64,000 bases of DNA from Octopus vulgaris. Taxonomy: Eukaryota. A program made the translations under genes and the position numbers. Shown piece after piece: positions 51,376-64,000 of the stretch (position 1 is the stretch's first letter; every line of letters starts with the position of its first letter). Below the pieces are notes generated by a model that had not been told where the DNA came from, did not search any database, and worked only from the letters and a program-made list of their open reading frames with translations. The stretch covers positions 115,134,001-115,198,000 of the forward strand of contig OX597815.1 of the NCBI GenBank assembly GCA_951406725.2, written 5' to 3'.

Positions 51376-53013
51376 TTTTTTAATTCAATACATTACATGC
51401 TATGTGATATAGTTGAATACACTTTGAGGCTCACCCTTTAATGATTTATTGCAGTCTTAGAATTGTTAACAATAAAGAGCTTTTTGGACAAAGAGTTTGA
51501 AATAGTAATTACAAGCATTTGTAATTGAATGGTTAGGAGTGAAGGAGGAGTTTTGAAGTGGTCAATGGAAGAATTCTTATTAGCAAGCAATATTTCCATT
51601 TTAGTGCCATTACATAAATTGTACCAATTTATAAAATAACACTAAATTTAAGGTCTTTATGTTATTGTTTAGTCCCAGGTAGCCTCATCAAGCAGAACTT
51701 TGTTCAAAAACATTACAGTCATAAGCATACTATCTTTTCAGGAATAGTGTACTCTGACCACATAATCTGAGGTGATCGTTTTTATGACAAGGTGTGGCTT
51801 GAGAGAGATTCTGTTGCTATTTGAAGCTTCTTTGTTGGCTCATAAAAGCTTTTAAATGATGGAAAAGGTGGCTGTTGGCAACATTTCATCTTAGCAACAA
51901 ACAAGATACTAGAACTAATGGAAAATCATTTGATGAAATGAAGCAATAAGTTAAGGAAATATGAAAGACTTTTAGAGCTCACCAAGTGTTGGGAATTTGA
52001 TAAATATTGGTATATGTACACTCATATGAACATTTGGGGTTTATTCTTTTTTAGTTAAGAACATCTGTAGGTAAGTTGCTCTGATTCATCACACTTGTGA
52101 TTAAAAACCTTTCAAAGATGATCCTGTAATTTTCATGTGCATTGTATACCAATGACTGTATCCAATGCATACTTCCCATTTCAAGATGGTAAGTTGTAAG
52201 TTGAGTACAATTTGGCTGTTATTTTTAGCAGATCAAGCTAACTTGTAGAGCAAAAGTTGGGAATCCCTTAATCAGAAGTGAAATTTTGCCCACATTCAAA
52301 TTTGAAACTGCTTGCTAATGGTTTTTCTAAAAAATTTACTTCAGTAAAGGTTTTATACACTGGCAATTCATGCCTGCAACCTAAAAAACTTAGCCCACCC
52401 CTGCAAAAAAGGCTCTCTGTAGTCAAATTTCAAAGGAAAACTGGTTAGCCAGAAGGGGCTTTTTTTAATCTCGTTTTCATGTTTCCATTTTTAACACCTT
52501 TGCTAATAGCAAAGGTTGACTAAATTTTGACACAGTCTCACACAAGAAAGAGTTACCAAAAGAGCTGGCATTTTGTAATCAATACAAATTACTGCCATGA
52601 AGATAATAAGCTAATTTCTAAAAAAAGCATTTTCTGGAATATAAGCAGGACAAAAAATCAGAAGTTTGTGTCTCATTACAAGGTACAAATAAGATTAAAT
52701 TTCAACATATTCAGAATTAATCATTTTCTTTGTACAGGTAATTAACCGAATAGTGCAGTTGAGTAGTAACTCTGTAAAATCTTTGACTCAATGACAGAAG
52801 ACTAACATGAAATTTCTGGAAATATCAAGATGTATTTTTCGGATTTTAAAGAAACATATCCATTAAAAGTGTAGTGTACTCTCAAGATAAACAATACAGT
52901 GGAAGTTATAATAAAATAAAATATCAGTTATCTTGTTTAACCCTTATGTGACTTGAATGGCCTGCATGTGTTTCAATTATTTTTTAATATAATCAAAATT
53001 TCAAGAGGTTTAA

Positions 53014-53227
53014 CCCTTTCGTTACTGTATATATTTTGAGATGCTCTGTGTTTCTTTCAATTACCTTAAATATAACAAAGAATTTAGTAAAATAACCTAG
53101 TTATCATTCAGCTAGTGTTAGGAACATAAACTGTGACTAAGGTTTGGTGGAAGATTTTAATTCAAAACTTATGAAAACAAGACATTTGTACTCAGAGTTG
53201 GTTTCAGTCAGGTTGGTAATGAAAGGG
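53014..53227 (+). mobile_element. piggyBac-type MITE, intact ends
   Basis: TTAA on both sides (53010-53013, 53228-53231); TIRs CCCTTTCGTTAC / GTAATGAAAGGG (11/12 match). Confidence 0.88.
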
Positions 53228-55144
53228 TTAATAAGATACCAATTTCTTTATATATTATAACAACACTAAGCAAATGAATCTTACAATATCCTTTATGCTA
53301 TGAGATATAAAGTAAGGCAAACCAATGATTTGCAGAGGAGGAGAGAAATAAGCTGATGATGGATGTTGTGAAGAGAAATGGGATGAGATGATTGAGTCAT
53401 GAATAGAAGGATGAAAATGATTGAAGAGAAGTAACAAAAATGAATGTGGCAAGAAGTAGAGAAAGAAGACTGAGAAATACCTATAAGAGGAGAATGATAC
53501 GAGGGTGAGGGATCAGTGTAGAGGATATGGCAAAATGGAGAAGACTGTCACGGGGCCTATGTACAAGAATTTGATTGAAACTTTAATTTAAACATGAACA
53601 CTTTACTGTGAGCAGTCTCAGGTGAGTCGCTATTAAAATAGTAAAATTAGATAAAATAAAGCTTGAAATATACATTAGTTAGAGCTCAGAATAACTACAG
53701 ATGTAATTACACTAAAAGTAACTACACAAACCATAGATTTTATTATTTCTGAAGAGTATAAATGTAAATTCCAACCCACTCTTTAAGTCTACATAAAAAG
53801 TACCTTAGAGCCTGTACACCAGAGACATTCCCTCAAAAGATTTAGAGAGCTCAACTTAAATCTTTAGAACTCCATTTGCATTGCCTTAAACTAAATATAT
53901 TTCAATCCTAATTGAGCAGATGTATGATTATGACCAAAGACATTAAACCATGACAAATTATCTATTTTTCAAACATAATGTTATTTAGAAATACATTATT
54001 CATTATAACCTTCAATTTTAAATGATAGTTGGGTCTTGATTTGAGATTTAGCTGCTATTTTCAGCAGATTAAGCTACCATGTAGAGGCTCCTTTATTGAC
54101 TTGAATTAAATACATAAAATTTCTATTATGAGTAAGATTTAAATATCCTCCCTCAAAATAAAAAAAAAAAGACTTATAATGAGGTGACATAGCTAACAAT
54201 AGTTATTAGCTACAAAGCTGGTACTCAGAGCATAAAGAAAATTCTAAAGAAATTATTTCATGCTGTGAACAAGTATAAAACAGATTATAAGACATTATAG
54301 TGAGAAATGATTTTCTTCTCACAGGACAAGGTGTGTTGAGGTGAAGGCAAAGAAAATTAATCTTGATGTGTTCAACTATAGACAGTTTACTTTCCCACAC
54401 CAACACACAAAATTAATAAAACATTTTTCGATACTGTTACAATTTGCACAAGTTTGAACCACAACATATTTCTAACTACTTTTATATGAGACAACAAGGG
54501 AGCCACTTTGTTGATTCTTGACCTACTAGAAGCAGCAGTATAATCTTTCTCAAATCATAACCTACATCTTTAAAACAAAAGAAAAAAAAAGGTTTAAAGA
54601 AATATTGAGCAATATAGTTCAAAATATGCTTGAAAGGGAGACATTTGTAGACTGAATGTGAATAAAAAGGCAAGATTTTCACAGCTAGAATGCCTTTGAT
54701 CTGCTAGCCTACTTGGTCAGGGCTAGAGAACAAGCCTTTAAAATTTTTATCCAAAAATTTATTTGTCAATCAGGAAGGGATTTACTGTTAGCATAGAACA
54801 TCACTGACTTCGATCTTTGGGTTAATTTCCCTTGCATGATTTATTTTTAAAGGAGTCAAACATTTGCTGATAGTTGCTCTTTTAATTAATTTTACTTATG
54901 TAGGAAGATGCTGAAAAATAAAAAAAATCAATATTGAAACAATTTCAGTTCAGGCTTTCTACAAATACTTTGCTTCTCAGTCAGTTGAAGTAGCATATAA
55001 AACATATTGTTTAATAATCTGTTTTTAGAGAGAAACATAAGCTTTTGTTTCATATGAATAACCAACTATTCAAAAGAAACATCTCCACAAATTTTTCTCA
55101 TAAACCAAAGACGCATTTCTATATGTGTTGTATGTGTGTGTGTA

Positions 55145-55427
55145 TGATGGACCTACCTGCCAAAGATGATGTATGAGTGTCCAGCATTTGCTGAATCACC
55201 TGTACAAATGATTTGTTTATAGTGATCAAATGTATGTGCTGTACATTAGTTCATTCTCTCCATCAAATTGATGTTGCCTGAACAGGTGCATGGTGTACCA
55301 CAGGCCAGGAGTTGAAGTGAGATTAAGTGTTTTGCTCAAGAACACAATGCACCACATGATCTAGGAATTGAAACCACAATCTCGCAGTCATGATTGCAAT
55401 ACCCTAACCACTAGGCCATGCGTCCTC
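55145..55427 (-). mobile_element. tRNA-derived SINE
   Basis: Minus-strand head gaggacgcatggcctagtggttagggtattg...gtggtttcaattcctag, followed by tgtgttcttgagcaaaacactt. Confidence 0.75.
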
Positions 55428-55545
55428 GCATACATACATATAAACACACAAAAGCTATACATATGGAATGGACACAGCTAGCTATAAGCACTCAAAGATT
55501 AGGTAGTGGTATTAAATCAGTTAATGGATTAAGTTTACCACCTAA

Positions 55546-55591
<46 letters not shown>

Positions 55592-55611
55592 CACACACAC
55601 ACATACGCACA

Positions 55612-55836
55612 CTTTCTAGCATTTAAAGTGGCCATATCTGGCCCAAATATTCAACCTGTTTTAAGTTCAAACCAACCAGATTTGGCCTCTCATGCGTACC
55701 CTACAATGTCATTCTAAAAGTGTACAATCACATCATTTGAAGACTTTGAAGCTAGAAGATAATACAAGATTAATTCAAAACAATGTGAATAAATAAGTGT
55801 TGCATTTGATAAAGTAATTTGAATGCTAAAGGTTTA
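55612..55836 (+). mobile_element. piggyBac-type MITE, second family, decayed
   Basis: Ends ctttctagcatttaaa...tttgaatgctaaagg|tttaa are inverted repeats; a related inverted fragment lies at about 30510-30585. Confidence 0.55.
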
Positions 55837-58800
55837 ATAGAAACACTAATTTAGGATAAATAAAGACGCAAGGTAAATTCATTGGTGTGATTGTGTTTTT
55901 AATAAAAAAACCAAATAGCACTTCTATTATGTTATTTTACTACTTGGGACAAATCAATTTTGTTTCAGCTGAGTTTGTGTGCATTATAAATAGCTATACA
56001 CTGGTATTCTCCCTGTAGTAGAAAAATGAGCAATCAATCTCTGATGACATAATAAAAAAAATATGAAAAAACACAGAAATTAGACATGTCAGTCTCTTTT
56101 TCAGACCAGAGAGAGAAAAACATGGTTTAACATCAGTATCTACCTGTCATTGCAAAACTAAAAATGTATGTTTACTAAAAACACTCCATCTTTGTAAGTT
56201 TAAATCTTGCCATACACACACACACACACAAAGGGGGAGAGAGAGATGAGAGATAGGAGTGATAGAAATACAGAGAGAGTGAGATACAGAGACAGAATGT
56301 TATGTTGGCCAAGTGCCAAGCATGAACTAGAAGGTCAACATTGAAATCATTAATTCAGGACAATGTTTTCATAAGCACTGATTCCAGACATGAGGAAAAG
56401 TAACATGTCAGCAGCAATCTTTGTCAGCTACTAGTCAGGTATGAAACTTTAATTTGGTGATCAGTTAAAATAAAGAGTCGAAAGGTTATTTAGGTCATAA
56501 ATTGATTGTAGGGTTATGCGTTATCATAATTAAAAACTAATAATGTAGGGATCACTTTTTACTACCAAAACAGGATTTGAAACCCCTTAAATAGCACAAG
56601 TTCAAAAAAGTTATTTCAAAATATTCAAACTGCACAAAGGTGTCCCTATATGATTGATCTGCTAAAAAAAAGTGATGGCATTGGTGGTAGTCATGGTTAG
56701 AATGCTTTTGATATCTGCATGCTTACTTGATCAGAGCTGAGCTGGGGTGAAACATTAACACAAGCTTCATTATATAATATGTGATACTTTAAGGATTATA
56801 ACTCCAACCTTTCTATAACCTTTTGTATTTAACTTTGTTGTTATCAATCCAATTGTTAATGATTTTCAGGTATTTGTCTATATACATTGTAGTTTTGATT
56901 CCCAAACTAGACAGCATGACGTGTTTTTTCCAGCTGCTCCAGTCAATTCAGCTGAAAATGAATATCACTTACAGCTAGCAGGGTTAACCCTACAATGGAA
57001 TGTCATCATGCTCTCATACATGATGGAAACAAGGATAAGCTCTGGCCACATAAACCTGTAAGCATGTGACAAACAGACATCCTCTGATATTGTATGAAAT
57101 TACAAAGAAAAATAAAGATATTGACATATATTAAGGTAGTCAGGCTTTATAAATTGTTAAAGAAAGATGTCTGTACATAATACATTGATTGCCAGACAAA
57201 AAGTACATCATTTTTGTGTTCCATTACATCTGAAGAATCTGACTAACTACAGTTTTCAACTAAATATGAAGCAAGTTCTATGTATTTCAGCAAATTCAGG
57301 AGGAAAATAATGCTAAAAAATGAGTTTCAAATTATAAATAATTTTATGCTAACAATAAACAATATACTGGAGAGCTTCACTTTTTGCAACTATGAATCTG
57401 AAAATTTTACTAAAAGCTATAGTGAACTTCCTACATTTGATACCTTGGTATTTATATCATTGAGAGATTTTGATCGAAACTTCACTCAAAATAATGGTTT
57501 ATTTGGATGAGTAGATAAATGTGGAACTTGGCACAGTGTTTGTAGACTGGCAATAGAAGAGATATTTGGTAATATGGGTTAGCTTCTTTATCAAGTCTTA
57601 CCAACATTAAATCGAAATATAAATCTAATTTTAGGTTTCATTCATATTATCAGAAAACTCATACTAAAGCTATTTTATTCAAGAATAAGTATTTCATACA
57701 TTTCCTTTAATATATCTCAAGTGATTTTTATAGTTTTGTATTAAAAGAATAGAAAATTAACAGAATTTTTACAATATAAATTCTTTAAGAAATGCATCTT
57801 GTCAAAAAAAAAAAATGTTTAAAAATTAAATGGAGAAAAGCAGTGACTGGATGCAGTCTTTACTAGGTATGGTGACAACTCCAGACATGTTTTAGTATTA
57901 TCAGACCTTCTACACAAAATAGTCTGTTATAAACCTATCAGATTTCAAAATGACTTGAGAGGTTATAATTTCCATATGAAAATTATTCCTTGATTAGACA
58001 ATAGTAACTACATAGAAAGATCTTGTTCTTACTTCTTTTTGTCTTAATCACAAAGCTATATATCGAAAAACAGTAATATAAATGAAGTGCACTGGCTTCA
58101 ACCAAGAATAGCAATTAATTTTCAGACTCCCCCATAGACACATTTTATATTATAGTATCATCAATGCAATGGCCTTCAACAGTAGGAATTTATTCATTTA
58201 CATAAAGCAACATAATAGATGACATGTCATTAACAGTTTGTTCCTTTTAAAAAGAAGTTTCATAAAACTGCCACAATAATTATATAGCTTTTAAAAACGT
58301 TGCTATATTTACATAGCTAATAGTTTGTAGTAACTTGTATGTGCGTTTCTGTGTGTTGCTAGCATAAAAAAATATTTATATATATATATATATATGGCCA
58401 CAACCTCTGGTTGAAACCAATAATAGAAAAATACACACACTTAAAAAAAAAATTCTAAAGCAACACTTGCATTAGAACATAGCCTGTTTCAAATTATATA
58501 ATATATCTGCAGATAATTTTATATGTCCCATTGGTTTCGTGGATAAAGATGTTACCAGGCTCCTGGTTTTAAACTAATTTAGAACACTACACATTCAGCA
58601 ATAAGATACTTGAGAATAACTGGAGTTTGAAGCAACTGAAATAATGTAAAAGCAAACAATGTGAGACTAATAGTCCCCCCCCACACACACACATGCACAA
58701 ATAAGAGTAACTCATCTCGAAACTTAGAGATTTTTAAGGTGAACTCCAGGTTTCTCAGTTATTTCAAGATTGATTACCTTGTAAAGATATCTTTTCAAAA

Positions 58801-59364
58801 CCGGTGTGAAAATTCAATTGAAATCAATGGTTCCCAAAATAGATGCCCTACTAAAAGTTTATTGCTGTTCCTTTGAAATTTCTTGTGTTTGATATCTTTC
58901 TTCTATAGGGTTGTGTGACCTACTGTTCTAGATAATACCGTATGATAGGGAGTAACAAGTGTAGTAGACAGTAGGAAGAAATGTCTGAGGAATTGCTGAG
59001 TTAAACAGTTTGTGTTGTATCTTTTTAAATGTCCCTAGTTTGAGAGAAAAGCCATTGTTTCTCAAATACATATAATACGCTCACCTAATGAATAAAGAAA
59101 TTCAGTCTTGCAACATAAGTAGATCACAATTTAACATTATTAATGTAGCAGAAAAACTGTATTTGACAGAAAATCTCTGTTGATCCTGGTAAAGATTCCA
59201 GTATGAAAAAAAGAATGTTATAATGGATACTAACTAATCTTGAAACAAAAATTGTATCCTCTATAAAAAAAATAGAATTATTTAAAAATTTAAATACGGT
59301 ATTGTCCAATATCTGAGACAATAGAGTACTCATTTCTGATGAGAAGACTGCCTGTGTTGTAGTA

Positions 59365-60628
59365 CAAAGTCTTAATAAGTAAGAGGGCAGACAAATCACA
59401 AATCTCTTCAGGTAGATGGCCCTGCTCAATCTGTAGAAAAGGCATAGGTAGAAACTCCATAAGATGTACCCAGTGTAAGCTATGGACACATAAGAGGTGC
59501 AGCAATATCAAAGGAAGGCTGACTGGGAAGATAGATTTTATGTGTGGCAAATGCTCAAGGGCAATGAACACTGAAAATGTGCAGAAAACAGCTTGTTACA
59601 TGCTGGGGGGGGGGGGGAGACTACTTCCATTACCTACTTCACCAAGTTAGTAGTGGGGGCGGTTGCTCTGAGTGTAGCTGCTAGAATAAGAATAGCCTGG
59701 GCAAAGTTCAGAGAGTTCCTACCTCTGCTAGTAACAAAGGGCCTCTCACTCAGAGTAAAAGGTAGACTGTATGATGCATGTGTGCAAACAGCCGTGACTG
59801 CTGAGGACATGCATAAGCTTGCAAGAAATGAAGCTAGTATGCTTTGCTGGATGTGTAATGTCAGTGTGCATACATGTCAGAGGTTAAGTGGTGCCCTAAG
59901 AGAAAAGTTGGACATAAGAAGCATCAGATGTGGTGTGCAAGAGAGACAACTGCACTGGTATGGTCATGTGTTGTGTATGGATGAGGACAGCTGTATGAAA
60001 AAGTGTCACACCCTAACAGTAGAAGGAACCTGTGGAAGAGGTAGTCTCAGGAAGACCTGGGATGAGGTGGTGAAGCTTGACCTTTGGATGTTGGGCCTCA
60101 TGGAGGCAATGACGAGTGACCGGGACCTTTGGAGAAATGTGCTTGGGAAGACTCGGCAAGCCTAGTGAGACCGTAACTGTGGCCTATGCCAGTGCAGCAT
60201 AACTGGCTCATTTAAGAGTACCCTTCAATCATTGGGCAATAAACTGTGCTTGCGAAGACCTGTCGAGTCAAGTGAAATCACTGTCATGGCCAATGCTAGT
60301 ACCGCCTGACTGGCACCCGTGCCAGTGGAATGTAAATAGCACCATTCAAGCATGGTTGATGCCAGTGCTGCCTGACTGATCTCAAGCCAGTGGCACGTGA
60401 AAAGCACCATTCGAGCGTGGGCATTGCCAGTGCTGCCTGACTGGCTCCCGTGCTGGTGGCATGTAAAAAACACCCACTACACTCTCGGAGTGGTTGGCAT
60501 TAGGAAAGGCATCCAGTTGTAGGAATTTTGCCAGATCAAATTGGAGTCTTGTACAGCCTTCTGGCTTGCCAGTCCTCAGTCAAACCGTCCAACCCATGCC
60601 AGCATGGAAAGTGAACATTAAACGATGA
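59365..60628 (+). mobile_element. 5'-truncated RTE-clade LINE with an intact PHD-type finger segment
   Basis: Begins abruptly at caaagtcttaataag (homologous to 43611); translates KVLIS...WPCSIC...CGKC, then ARIRIAWAKFREFLPLL...LHWYGHV...TWDEVVK; same 3' UTR repeats and tail as the 43 kb copy. Confidence 0.95.
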
Positions 60629-62249
60629 GATTTTAGAGGGGTTTAATAAAATATCACTAACTTTTAGACCTATTGGTTTATTATAATGGTGTTGACAAAC
60701 TGAAGTATCACATATATTACATATAGTCACTTACAGTTGCAGGTTAGCTAATATTTAGTTTCAACCAAGTTCTGAGTTCAAATTCCACAGGAGTCAATAA
60801 AATATCAACCAATAAATTTAACTGACTGTGCTCTTCTGCACAGCACATTATCTTTCTACCCAGGTAAATAAACTTAGAAAATTGCAAAAAAATAAATAAA
60901 TAATCTGACACTTATTAGATAATTTTAAGAGATAGCTACTATGGCATGGTTGGTGTTAAGCTTTTGTAGTCATGTACATCATGATTTTTGGTTTCTCTTG
61001 ACAGCTATGTCACATGACTTTAATCAGTGGTAGGTGATAGGAGAAAAGTGGGTTTGGGATGGATAAACAATAATCAAATGGTTGATTATTTCAAGATAAG
61101 AAAAACTGAAAAAGTACATGGATATTTTAATCATAAAATATGAATATACTAATACTTTACTTCTTTTCTGACAGAGTTTCTTAACTACTATACATCAAAT
61201 GTACACCATGGCAATCAGAAGCAAAACTACACTGGATAGTCAGATAGGTCATATGGACAATGGATAAACTTGCAGTGGCTCAAGCCAAGGCTAACTAACA
61301 CCACTTGGACAGTCATTTAGCTCCAAGTCAACTGTGATCATCCAGTCTTGTATACCAAAAATTACTTTCTATTATGCGTCTTTTGTTTGTAAGTGGTACA
61401 GAATGATTTAAGGAAGATTTTGTTATTTTTTCCAAATCAAACAAAAACAGAGACTCTCTTGTCAGTGGCATAGCCAAAGTGTATGCTGCCTTTGAGTTTG
61501 CCATCCCTTCACCTGCATATATAGCAGACCCAAAAGAGCCGTCTCCATAAAAGGGCAAACCCAGGGTAAACTGCCCCACTCCTCACTATGGTACTGTCCT
61601 TTGTTGGCTCATACTGGAAGCTGGCTACATTTGACTTTGACCAGAAAATTGTTTAGTGAAACACAGCTACAAGTAGTCTAGATGAAATATTTTAAAGTAC
61701 ACTGTCAAAGTAAAATTTCAATACAGTTGAGACTATAAGCAGCTTGATTTAGTTTGGGAAGATGTTGAACAAAACCAGGCCAGTTAAAGTAAAATAGTTA
61801 CAGTAAAGTGTTTAAATTTAAATTTTGCAATGTTAACCACTACAAGACTTCACTATTGGATGTGTTTTTTTTCACTCTGTATATGTATGCTGTTGGCAAT
61901 GTCATTTGTGGTATATCTTTGTGTAGACAATAAAAGTTACTCATCTCTGTTGAAGGGATTAATGGTTTTAGAACTCTTGTAATCTTAGATGTCCAATTCA
62001 AACAACCATGTCATTCATTTTTGCAGAGTTTGAACTTCATATTCTTCTTTTGATAAAAAGATTATATACTGGAGGAGGGAGGGGGCAATATTACAAATGT
62101 ATGCAAAGAGTACAAAATAAAAGGGAAAAAAGCACAGATGATTGATAAAAATGTCCTCAATATCCAGGATGCACGTCTTGGGTAAATTTGCCAAAGGAAG
62201 ATATTAGGTTTTCTCCCCACCACCCACTAGGTTCCTTGCCAAAAAATAG

Positions 62250-64000
62250 TATAAATTTAATGAATTTACCCTCGCTTAGAATCATGTTGTATAGTTTAGG
62301 TCATATGAGCATAGATTGAAATCGTTAACTTTGCTCTTAATGAATTTTGAAGCTTTGAATTTTAATAACCTTATTCTCCAAATAATTTATATGAATGTTC
62401 AAGAGGATAGAGTGTAGTGCAATTCCTTCGAGAATATAGCTTTTGGATTTTGTTGCTTTTGAGAAATCGTCTGCTGACAATATACTGTTTTCAGTTCGTC
62501 AGAAAATTATTTATTCGACGTATTATGGTGAATAAATTACATAATTATGTAAGAATTCTATATATTTATGGTAAAAGCAACTTTCGCTAACGTACGTGAA
62601 CACAAACCAGATAATAAATTCACAACACCTGTCCACTATTAGGGAAAGGACAGAAAATATTGTCACTAATCTGGGCGTTTTACAGACCTTCCTTCTAACT
62701 GTTTAAAATATTATATTTACAGCATAACCATGCTTTAACAAATGTTTAAATATATGTTTTAAGCGATACTGAGCGATATAATTACTTTAAACATCGTTAA
62801 TGTTAGAGAAATACTGGCAATGGGTGTCAAAAAATGCATTCAAATAAGAAAATGGCGGGGAAAATAAAAATCGTCTGCTTGCCAATATAACACAAAAATA
62901 GGGAAGGTCGGACATTCCGAAACTGCTGTGAAACTTTAAGACAACCTTTGCATTTTCACCCAGTGAAAGTAATGCAATGTGCCAGAGATCCCTTGTTTAT
63001 GGAAATAAGGCAAGTACCAGCAAGTAATGCCCCGGCGCCCTTGTTAATGGCAATCATCCAAGTTACCAGATATTTCTTTCATTCGAATGCAAAATAAACT
63101 CTAAGGGTAAAGTGAATAGTATAAAACATTTCGTCTTCACTGTTAGCAGGCAAAATACCCGCCAAGTGCTCAGGAACATACCAACACATTTGCCGGCCTG
63201 ATCTGCATCAATCGAAAGGAACCAATGCCACAGCTTCTATGTAGCTACTAGTCGTACAAGAGATATAAGCTAAATCTCCCTCAAATTACATCTATCATCA
63301 TGAAAAGGAGAAAGGTACAGCGACGATGAACTCCTAAATCTGCGTAAAGATGAGAGGAAAAATTGGCTGGAACGCCTTCGCTTATAGGTGTGCTCGAATC
63401 AAAACTCTCCTGGGAGTTACCAACAATCTATAAACCCATCCAGTGTAAGAAATAGCAATGAGCTCTCCCTCAAATTATATCCTATCGTCTTAAAGATGTA
63501 GTGGAAAACGTAGTCATGAATATACAAAATAAAAACGATATGGTCCTGACTGGAGCGTCTTAGATTATAGGTCAGTTCCATTAGAGAGATGCCAATGTTT
63601 CCCATGTAATACAAATGTCCTGACGGGCAGGATATAAATGAAACTCATTTTTATAATTTAAGAAAACCTCAAATAAAATATCGAAATCTGACAAAGCATA
63701 GAGTGTAATTGATAACATAAGCTTAAATTTTATTTTTTTTAAATGCTCGAACTAAATTGTTTTTTTTTTTAAATGAAATTAGTTAAATGAAATAATCAGT
63801 AACATCCTGGTGCCAAGCCAGTCAACATAATTAGCCCAACAATTGCTTAATGTCTAAATGGGATTATAATAAAGTATTTTAGGGGAAATTTTTGTAAAAA
63901 CTAAAAAGCTCCTAGTAAATTGGTTTCGTTGGAGACCCTTAAGCAAAAAACAAAAGACAACAGTTGGTATGGATAATTTTGCTACGTAACTTTCTATCAT
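62250..64000. promoter_or_regulatory. CpG-retaining, probably unmethylated segment; candidate 5'-proximal region of the minus-strand gene
   Basis: About 40 CpG by eye in 1.75 kb versus about 3 in the preceding 1.6 kb, at similar AT richness. Confidence 0.45.
63230..63635. repeat. Two tandem copies of an abundant interspersed repeat (gaaatagcagccaaatctccctcaaat family)
   Basis: The same motifs recur in decayed form at about 36720, 37950, 45850, 49110, 51660, 53900 and 54500; the class was not determined. Confidence 0.6.

Noticed and set aside
59337-59376. CTGATGA with an AAGACT/AGTCTT stem
   Set aside because: No GAAA after the stem, and the 3' arm comes from the adjacent LINE junction.

Overview
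This is AT-rich, repeat-dense animal genomic DNA, not prokaryotic. The SINE, RTE and MITE families look like those of octopus or another coleoid cephalopod (inference from recalled repeat sequences, not a database search). The only host gene I can support is on the minus strand: two phase-0 exons (9407-9066 and 3003-2833) of a divergent invertebrate-type CLIC (chloride intracellular channel, GST-omega fold) with a CPLC motif. Its first and last coding exons were not found. Most of the window is probably one long, CpG-depleted intron, and CpG density jumps sharply at about 62.25 kb, suggesting the 5' end lies near or beyond the right edge. The introns hold three decayed RTE LINEs whose RT carries an inserted C4HC3 PHD-type finger, many RTE 3' tails and tRNA-derived SINEs, two mariner derivatives (one fold-back), piggyBac MITEs, a Helentron-type element, a solo LTR with a 4-bp TSD and a chimeric LTR element with two unrelated LTRs. 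The best leads are a structurally complete type I hammerhead ribozyme (42644-42686, U4C variant), the PHD finger inside the RT, three intronic hairpins next to the CLIC exon (one of pre-miRNA size), the LTR-swapped element and a recent templated 117-bp duplication. Almost all ORFs in the supplied track are spurious or repeat-derived.
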